Positions 54,861 to 64,000 of a DNA stretch of 64,000 nucleotides are shown piece by piece; position 1 is the stretch's first letter; the number at the start of each line of letters is the position of its first letter. The notes below the pieces were generated by a model, which ran no database searches, was not told the DNA's origin, and was given only the letters and a program-made list of their open reading frames with translations. The position numbers were made by a program, and so were the translations under genes. The stretch lies in the NCBI RefSeq assembly GCF_902652985.1, contig NC_047020.1:25792001-25856000 (forward strand). Reading direction: 5' to 3'. The stretch is from Pecten maximus. Taxonomy: Eukaryota.

Positions 54861-57800
54861 TTAAAATGTCAGTATTCTGGTCAGGTCAGCGACCAAAGCA
54901 AGAAGTAAGGGTAAAATGACAACCAATACAAATGCATAACCAATGGTCTGTGAAGACATGCGTGAGTCGTCAGCACATGCTTGCCTCCGACGTGTTGAAG
55001 ACAGTAATTTCGCATTCAAAATCAATCGGTTTCTCATATGACGCAGTAACATTTGAAATGACACATGGTTGGCGTTGAAATACCCCGTTCCTATGCAGTT
55101 ACATGAACACATATTTCTAATGTAAACTATGTCAGTATTGTTCGGTGTGGAAACGGTAACTGTAGATGACCTGTTATCAGATATCGCCGTTACTGTTGTT
55201 CCATGATCAGACGCGACTGTTGCTTCAGTGTCAAAGGTCGCTGTTGTTCCAGGGAGAGATGTGACTGTTGTTTCAGTGTCAAATGTCATTGTTGATCTAG
55301 GGTCAGATGTCACTGTTGCTTCAGTGTCAATGGTCGCTGTTGTTCCAGGGAGAGATGTGACTGTTGTTTCAGTGTCAAATGTCATTGTTGATCTAGGGTC
55401 AGATGTCACTGTTGATCCATGATCAGATGTCACTGTTGCTTCAGTGTCAAAGGTCGCTGTTGTTCCAGGGTCAGATTGCATTGTTGATTTAGTTTCAGAT
55501 GTCACTGTTGATCTAGGGTCAGAGGTCACTGTTGATCCAGTGTCAGATGTCACTGTTGATCCAGTGTCAGATGTCACTGTTGTTCCAGGGTCAGATGTCA
55601 CTGTTGATCCAGTGTCAAATGTCACGGTTGATCCAGGGTCATATGTCACGGTTGATCCAGGGTCATATGTCACGGTTGATCCAGGGTCAGATGTCACTGT
55701 TGATCCAGGGTCATATGTCACGGTTGATCCAGGGTCAGATGTCAATATTGATCCAGGGTAAGATGGCATTGTTGTTTCAGGTTCAGATGTCATTGTTGTT
55801 CCAGGTTCAGATGTCATTCTTGTTGTAGGGTCAGATGGCATTCTTGTTCCAGGGTCAGATGTCACTGTTGATTCCGTGTCCGATGTCTTTGTTGACTCAG
55901 TGTCAGATGTCACTGTTGATCCCGTGTTCGATGTCTTTGTTGACTCAGTGTCAGATGTCACTGTTGATCCCGTGTTCGATGTCTTTGTTGACTCAGTGTC
56001 AGATGATGCTATTTTTCCTGTCCCAGACATCGTTGTTGCTTCTGTAATATATGATACCGATCATATGCTATTTAATATTTTGAAGTGATTGCAATTATTT
56101 CATTTACTCAAGTTTTTCTTTTACACAATGTGTATTTATGGTATGAGTGTGTCCGGTTCAGTGTTCCATTTAACTATTGCCCAATATACAACAGATATAC
56201 ATATGTATATATGTAAATGAACTTGTATCCAAATTTGTATGATATATTCTTCTAATATTGCGTTGTAGAGATTACAAATTTACGAGTTATTCATCAAAAT
56301 GTAAAGCGCCAGTCTGATCGGTATAGAATAATATAGTCATATTACAAAAGGTAAATTATAGGCGTGTTTGAAATCTCACCGTTGGATCCATCCACGTCAC
56401 AAATTACATGTGAATCTGGAGGGACACAAGCGACTAGTGAGAGGTTAAAAATAAAACCAGGAGTACTGCATGTTCTTTCATATCTCACGCCATTGTTGCA
56501 CCTGTAGAATTTATGTGGATCACTGTCATGGCATTCATAGGTGCCTTCAGTACATTCTTCTTCGCCTGTGCCATAAAATATGACTATTTCAAATACATTT
56601 ATCGGCAAAATTGTATAATTTATAGGATAAATTTGCTATAACATTTTTTTACTGTCACGACGTAGGTTTTTCAAAATGGAATTGTATGGAAATGGATACA
56701 CCCGTGTTGTTGACGTTCCGAGTGACACCAACATATCCTGTATCAGTGAAATTAAACGCGTGAGTCTTAGCCCTACGTTGTTGAAATAAGATGTTGCTAC
56801 CGTTTCATTAAAATGATTACGATTACGAACCATTCGTTGTACATTTGTTATGTTTTGTTTTGATGATACATACAAGACTACCGATACCACTGCATATACT
56901 GCATATACATAAATATATATGTAATACATATCGAGAATCACGAGAGCGGGACGTGGTCCGTTTTGGTTCGCCATGATCAATGCAAATCTTCCTTCCGTTT
57001 AGTCTATTTTATCATCAAATTTTATTTCGTTCGACTCCAACCCAAGATTAATCGACCTTTCCATGATGACACCCTTCCCCAATCCAGTCATGCCAAAGTT
57101 GTTTCCCGGTAAATTCACAAAACGTGCTCAGGTTGATGAACTTGAGCGAACGTAGTAAGAGAAGTCCGTGGTCAAAGGCTAGAGGTCAACCAATCAGAAT
57201 TATTGGAGGTCAGAAATTACCAATCGGAGCCTTTAAAAGTGGTTACCTACCGCGACGTGTTGGCAATAACACTCTTTCACGAATTTTATCACGTGCCTTA
57301 TCAGTTGTAAAACAAGCGAGAGAGAATCTAGGCATATGTTTTCGCTCCCGACTTCATAGAATACAGAAGAAAAAGAAAAATAAACATTTCAGGAAGGAAA
57401 ACCTTTTTTTTCTTACTTGAATCAGATTGGCAAGCTACGTAGGAAGGGAAATCTTCCCGGTTGCATGCAGAAATTGAGGTATCCCATACCAAGCCTCCCG
57501 CGCACGATCTACTAAACCAAGCACCATTGAGGCACACGAAATATTTCTGAGGATCATCCACATCACACCGGAAATCGATTCCACTACAACCATTGGCTAA
57601 AACAAAATATACAGACAAAATACATCTCAATAGAATGTTAACTCAGTTATGCTGAAATATCAATACAACGGTTTTATGGAATATGAGTTTGATTACAGAT
57701 TAGATATAATAGCGATAAAACCAAACAATGAAATATCAACAAAACCAGACAATGAGATATCAATAAAATCATACAATGGGATATCAATAAAACAATTCAA

Positions 57801-60800
57801 TAAAACCATACATTGGGATGTGAATAAAACCATACAATGAAATATCAATAAAACTATACATTGGGATATCAATAAAACCATGCAATGAAATATCAAAGAA
57901 ACCATACAATGGAATATATTAAAAAAAAAAACATAAAATAGAATATTAATGAAACCACACAATGAAATATCAATAAAACCATACATTGGGATATTAATAA
58001 AAACATTCAATAAAAAGAAATACAATAGAATATAAAAAAAACCCCATACATTTGGATATCAATAAAACCATATAATTAAATATTACTGAAACAATGAAAT
58101 ATCGATAAGACCTTACAATGTAATGTCAATAAAACCTTACAATGAAACATCAATAAGACCATGAAATGGGAGGGACCAACCAACCAATTGTTTTCCCATA
58201 GACTTTAGTGTTAACGTTTTGGAGTACATTATCTTTTTTTTTGTATTTCATTCAAATTCTTGAATTCAATATGACAATTACTGTTTATAACAAAAGTTTA
58301 GGGTCTGATATAACACATAATCAAAAAAAAAGTTGGGTCCTTCAGCTCAAATTTTCTCCAGGGTAGCCATTTTGAAAAGGGGTGAATTTCGCACTAAAAA
58401 TTCTCAAAAATCTTAATTGTTTACCTGTTAATTATTATTACCTGAACTTTTGGGAAAATTCAATCGGACTTACGATATTTATATCGACATTTCTTATTGA
58501 TAGTTACCTATCAGGCTACATATCTATTTTCTCACTTCATAACATACTGGCCAATCAGTGGCTGCCAGACATTTTATCCTTGGCTCAACTTTCTATACAC
58601 AGGGGCTGTTTCAAAAATATTTTTTTTTCAATTGGTTGGTTGTTCCCTATAAATGAAACCATACAATAGAATATCAATAAAACCATACAATGAAATATAA
58701 ATGAAACCATACAATGGAATTTGGAAAAATAAACAAGCAATGGAATATAAATGAAACCACGCAATGAAATACAAACAAGAAATATCTTTAAAAAGATAAA
58801 CGGCATAGTTTTAATGCTGGCGGTTATAATGTTAGACTGCTGGTGAAATAAATTAACGAACTAAATTAAATGCGTTTCAGCACGGATAACAAAATTATAT
58901 CAGTTTGAATCATTTTTAGTGATAATAAGACTGCATTTGAATCAGGAACATAATTTTATTGATTCAGCTTGCATTCAATCTTAACCTTTTTTCGTTTTTA
59001 ATTGCATATCTGCATTTTGCATTTAGCGCTACATTGACCAATCACATACTTCATCTTGACCAGTAACGCCACCTGTCGCGTCATATCCGGGACCAAGAGA
59101 ATATTATACGGCTATGCTTAAACATACTGGAACCTCTAGATTGGCAGTGGCTGAGTCAGTAGATTGCCCAAAGGACAATAAAGTGTCCATGCTTTCTCAC
59201 AGTGACAAGTGTGCCCGTGTGTTTACCGGGCTCAAAAATCCTATGGGTCAGTGAGACATTGTTGACGACTATTTCAGTGCTGGTGAGGTGATCAGGAAAC
59301 GGTTTGTTTGGAAGATGATTAATTGCTTACTGTCAGCGTAGAGCATCTGAGGAGATCAAGTTGCCTGAAGACGTGGCGGAGGGAGGAGGCAATATCACAG
59401 CAGTTGTTGCTATGACAGTTACCTTGTCGTATGATAGAATATGAGTATTCCATGGTGTCGACTGGATGGTTGGTTGGTTTTGGCGATGCTGTGTGTATGA
59501 CATTCTGGGTATCCTAAATGTATCATCCAATGACTGTTTTGGTGTAGTGAACGGTCTCTGCCTTCTCGAGACCGTCCTCAAGATGTTTGGACGGTGTTCC
59601 GATGTATGATTGGTGTTGCACCAAGTCAGATAGTCGGAAAGTTACCTGACTCCTTCTGGAATCGAATGTTTTTGCGTGGTGCCACTGTTTACTATGGTGT
59701 AGGGATCGATGATGGAACATCGGATTGACGGAGAGCATAGTTTCTTCTGCTGAATGAGGGTCAGTGTCCTGTCGGTCGTTCTCGTATAGATAGGGACTGG
59801 TGTCGACTTCACAGGGGGCCTGCCCTACAGGTAGGGCGTAAGAATTGTACCTGCTGCCCCCATTGCATGATCGTAAGAGGCGACTAAACTTGGGATCTTA
59901 TCTTTTCTCTTCTTTCTTAACAACTTTCTTCTTCCTAATGTCTCCCTTGACAATGCCTCACTTTTGGCCTTTAGTTGAGCGTTCGCCCCTGTGAGGCACC
60001 CATAATGTTGATATCGTTTTGCCAGTGCTGGTCATGGTCCTATGGTGAATCGGGGAGAAACACTCCTGCTGGGGAAAGTTGACGGATGGTCTGCATTCCT
60101 TCAGAGGACTAGTTATTCGATGGATGGTTTCCCGTGCTGTGCGGCTACATGGCTACATGTCGGTTATGGGCCGACTGTTCGGGGACGCCATCCGAGGTTC
60201 GGCGATATGCTCAGTTGGCTCCATCGTTGCTGACATGGGTCAACGCTCTGCTCAGTTCGTGAGCGGCCGTTGAGTTCCTACTACGAGAGAGGTTGATACA
60301 TTTTTTAAGTTTTTCATGCAATGACATTGGGGTTGAACTTATTGTTACGATCCAACTGCAGATGTTGGTGCTTATAGCGTATTCCATTAAGACGGGGAGG
60401 TGTGTTGTGAATGTACGTTACGAGCTGACTTCTCTAAGCGAACGTGTTTATGTCACCTCCTCCCGAATGTGATGGTCGGCCGTGCGTGACTACAATCGTC
60501 GTAGTCTACACCTGGTCAAGCTTGTGCACGGATGTATTGACGTACCTCACTAGCGTCATCGCAGACTACACCTGCCATTGTCGGCAATATAGATATTGAG
60601 TATATAGCATTGCATACAATGAAATATCAATAAGACCATTCAATTAAATATCAATAAAACCATACAATGGGTATCAAGAAAACAATACAATGGAATATAA
60701 AGAAAATCATACAAAGTGATATCAATAAAACCATGAAATGGAAAATCAATACATTTTCGTAGTTGAAAACGATTAAACTCTATATCATGGAAAATGATTG

Positions 60801-61583
60801 CAATTTTACAGTAAAAATGTATAATGTCAATTAAACTATAGAATGAAATTTCAATGAATTAATTTGTATAAGGAAATATTGTTATATCTTTGTAGAGGAA
60901 CATATTCACATCTTTTATGTGTATCTTTATATGGACAATACTATTAACTATCATATCCTGGTTAACACACATTATATATATCGCCTTCATAGTGTCATAA
61001 AGTCGTAAGTGGCAGTTAAGACTTATTTTGAGATTCTGTTCCATATCCTGAAAGGCCTTAGCTTCTCTACCACGTGTAAAAAGGTCGTATCTGTAGTCTG
61101 ACAATGTATTGAAATATTCAACTCGGTTTTATTGCTAAGAACCAGATTGTAGTGTAATAATAATAGCCTTGTATTTTACCGAGATTTTCAATGCTTTCTT
61201 TCTCTAGTCACACGTGTACTTGAAATCAAATATTATGAGAATATTGCACCTCCCCACCTAGATTTTGAAATTTCTTTCGACCGATTTTAGTCGCTAATTC
61301 CAACGAATCGACACTTCAAGCATACATCACTGGCGAGTCCTATAATGACGAAACATATGCATTTTAATTCATTTCTTGCTCTTCTATATCGAATTCTGTA
61401 TATAAAGGTGATAATATATTATTTGTCTTTTATAAATCTTTACATTTATGTACTTACTACATTTCTTCGATATTTGTACACATAACATGAACGCATATTA
61501 CATGTGAAAACGTATAAAAAGTACTTACCTTGCGAATGCAATAATATGATGGCAATACACAATCCGTTAATCAGGAAGTAAGC
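54861..61583 (-). CDS. Membrane-anchored mucin-stalk protein with two CBM14-like domains, paralogue C; ATG exon not fixed
   Basis: Exons 61583-61529 (signal-like AYFLINGLCIAIILLHSQ, phase 0 start), 57596-57417 and 56565-56380 (two 6-Cys domains), 56041-54861 (SDPGSTVT repeats, CSCNC, CADDSRMSS, TM, stop). Candidate start exons: ATG GTA CAG|gtaaca near 62150, or ATG|gtaact at 63780-63778. Confidence 0.82.
58171..58648. mobile_element. MITE with 20-bp TIRs
   Basis: AGGGACCAACCAACCAATTG / CAATTGGTTGGTTGTTCCCT. Confidence 0.8.
59260..59740 (-). mobile_element. Degraded Penelope-like element, GIY-YIG endonuclease region
   Basis: Across a frameshift: SQVTFRL...SYIGTPSKHLEDGLEK...TNHPVD/WNTHILSYDK, resembling PLE VVYKI..YIGET.R.L..RL.EH..H.IDW.N..IL. 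Confidence 0.5.
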
Positions 61584-62385
61584 CTGCAATGGACAATATT
61601 GTGATTTAACCATTTTTTATAATAGATAGACCAACTTGAAACATGGTCTCTGAAACAACACAAGATATGGTTATCGTTATATGGCTGAGGATAACGACAA
61701 CGATTATTCATATGTCGATTTTTAGGCAATCTACCAATGATAAGGAGCCTAATTAGTCTACATAATTGATCTCGGACTACAGAAGACTAGAACTAATCTA
61801 TAGACCACGAAATAATGAAACATAAAACAAACATTAATTAAAACGCCTGCCTCAATAGACTGAACTGAAAATCTTTAGTCTTGATAACATTTGTTTGCCT
61901 ATATCATCATTGCTGGTTCCTAGAAGGAGGAAACATAGTAAATGATAAATTTAAAACGCACCATAATATATGTAAGGCACGGCATATGATATGACCCAAT
62001 GGCAGTTCCGGTTGTATGCTCCCCATGAAGTTGAGAAAGACACTGGCTGGTTACTAAAAACCCGATAACCACGGATAATATTTTGTGCAACTTTAAGACG
62101 GCTATATTGCTGTCATACAGCGGTATATAACCCCAAATTATTGTTACCTGTACCATCACTATTTTTTTTATTTATTTTTTCTTATATTTTGCAAAAGCCT
62201 TTGTAGCTACAGAAGATAATATACTGAAATTCATTTGAAAATATGTTAGGTTAAAATGAAGGTTTTTTAATTGAGGGAAAAAAGGCAAATATAAAATTGG
62301 AAAGAAGATATAGCTGTGATGCAAATAGTATATACGAGCGGAAATAAAGAAAAAAGTTCAGTTTTCTGCTTCCACTTGCATCTAA

Positions 62386-62693
62386 TCGGTTTCGTTTCGC
62401 CGATTGGAGACGCGTGTTGTTCACTGACGAATCTCGCTTTACAGGTCAGATGGACGACAACGTGTCGTGTATGGTATTGAGCAGGGATATCTCAAGGCGT
62501 GAAAACACCTCTCGTGGTTATCCCTGCTCATCTTACAGTAGTAAGATATCGGGATCAGGTGTTGGGACACTATGAATTTCCTCTTATCCATCAACGTTAC
62601 CTTACGTTGCAGCAGGACAACGAAAACGCGAAGTCCCATGTTGCTAGGGTTTGTCGTGTCTCTGTGGCTCAAAACAAAGTTCCAGTTCTTGAA
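62386..62693 (+). mobile_element. Tc1/mariner transposase fragment (DDE domain, pseudogenised)
   Basis: WRRVLFTDESRF..SDGRQRV and AGIS..VKTPLVVIPAHLT..RYRDQVL..LQQDN..SHVAR motifs, with a deletion and a stop. Confidence 0.9.
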
Positions 62694-63295
62694 CACAACA
62701 TCAAAGAATCATGTAAAATAATAACTATCGAAAATAAACATTTAACGCTAATATAATTATTGTTAAAACAACATAAGTTGAAATGGGTTCGCGTAATTCA
62801 GGATATTTTTTCCTTAATACTACTATAATGATATATGTGTTTAATAGTTAATCAATTGCTGTTTAATATTCGATGAAAAAATCGGTTTTAATGTTGACGA
62901 TAGATATATTAACCTACCTGCTAATGAGTGTTGCCTGAACTGCCAACTTCCCCCACATATGAATTAATTGTTTGTTTAAACACGTATTCCGTTTACATAA
63001 TCATATAATTACTAATTACACAGTTTGGCTATTGTGTACAGGTGGACGCTCTCTACACAGCTGCTATAGATCTTAAAGATTGTGTGTATATAAAGATATG
63101 GCAGACATATTATATTGTTAAAAAGACCATTACGCTAGTCGTTTAGATAAGTCAGGTTGATTTTATAATAAATGAATTAACACGATAATTTTTATATCGA
63201 CACTACGATTTCGATAAAGGCTATTGCTAATTGCATCATATGTTTATGATATCCTTTTTGTTATAATTTTACCAGTGAAATATCGAAAATTGTTC

Positions 63296-63618
63296 ATTCT
63301 ATAGAAGTGCTGGTGAAAAATATCTCTTTTTCTGATAGTTTTGACAAGTGAAAAAAATCTAGTGAAAAATATAACTTTTCTTATTTGACCAATCAAAATA
63401 CTGCTTAAAAACGACAATAGAGAAAAATTAAATTTGCATATAGCTCTCCGTCTTGTTAAATGCAATGCAAGATAGAATACATAACGTCATAATTTGGCGT
63501 ACATTTGTGATCCGCGATGAATATATATTTTACTATAAAATAGTATAAAATGTAATAAACAGAATATCTAACAGTATCTTCAAATATATTACGGAAGATA
63601 CTGTTAGATATCCTCTAT
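63296..63618 (+). mobile_element. Copy of the 51241-51628 element with a collapsed hairpin
   Basis: Shared CTAGTGAAAAATAT.ACTTT..ATTTGACCAATCAAA and AATAAACAGAATA..TAACAGT.TCTTCA...GAAGA.ACTGTTAGATATCCTCTAT. Confidence 0.7.
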
Positions 63619-64000
63619 TTATAAAATGTCGAGTTACATCAAAATCAATATACAATGTATTATTCGGAACCACGAATAATTATACAGACCGGGCATTTAT
63701 TGATCGGGTTCGTACCAATTGTACCGGAAAGGTGTAGTACAATATAGTGGATATAAATTTGATCTCCATTGAGTTACCATGATGGTGGACGTCTACTAAC
63801 ATAAACATTATCTAGTTTTTAATCGCGTGACGTTTGCAAAATTAATAACTGATTATTTTCATCATATTTGTAATCTATACAATTTCATAAGGAAATAAAG
63901 ATCCCCGTCTTTTTTTTAAACAAACGTACATAGGCAAAGGACTATATATCCCACAAACCGTGTCCTTTGTCTTGTCTTGTGTTTGTAACTATATGCCACT

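Larger units (their letters stand above)
57720..60750. repeat. 24-bp satellite split by nested insertions (segments about 57720-58170, 58650-58775, 60613-60750)
   Basis: Unit AATGAAATATCAATAAAACCATAC on both sides of two insertions. Confidence 0.8.

Noticed and set aside
55228-56088. Several + strand repeat ORFs
   Set aside because: Antisense shadows of the paralogue C mucin exon.
59812-59897. HDV-like ribozyme
   Set aside because: P1-like, P4-like and CUAA elements are visible, but there is no 7-nt L3 or P1.1 and P2 is poor.
62919-62958. First coding exon of paralogue C (MWGKLAVQATLIS)
   Set aside because: Ends in phase 2 and would hit a stop in the 61583 exon; possibly a UTR exon.

Overview
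AT-rich, intron-rich eukaryotic DNA, most likely a bivalve mollusc (inferred from the gene families and repeat types; not verified). Five multi-exon genes could be assembled by hand from GT-AG boundaries and intron phases. (1) On the + strand, 3.1-10.6 kb: a secreted-type mosaic protein (Cys-rich FOLN-like module, 8 sushi/CCP and 2 PAN/apple domains) built by internal exon duplication; its 5' end was not found. (2) On the + strand, 25.3-32.7 kb: a single-pass receptor with a YWTD/LY-like beta-propeller and a cytoplasmic YLEL motif, carrying an apparent 2-nt frameshift. (3-5) On the - strand, 35.4-61.6 kb: a tandem cluster of three paralogous membrane-anchored chitin-binding-type proteins. They share an exon plan, variant CBM14-like domains, Thr/Ser/Asp stalks of very different length (about 30, 260 and 310 aa) and a conserved C-terminal module I cannot assign to a named family (CxC, amphipathic helix, polybasic site, SAxDxRxSS, TM ending in Asp). 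This cluster is the best candidate for an undescribed system. The rest is satellites and minisatellites, palindromic MITE-like elements, tRNA-derived SINEs, L2/CR1, Tc1 and Penelope relics, and several minimal hammerhead-ribozyme-like motifs.
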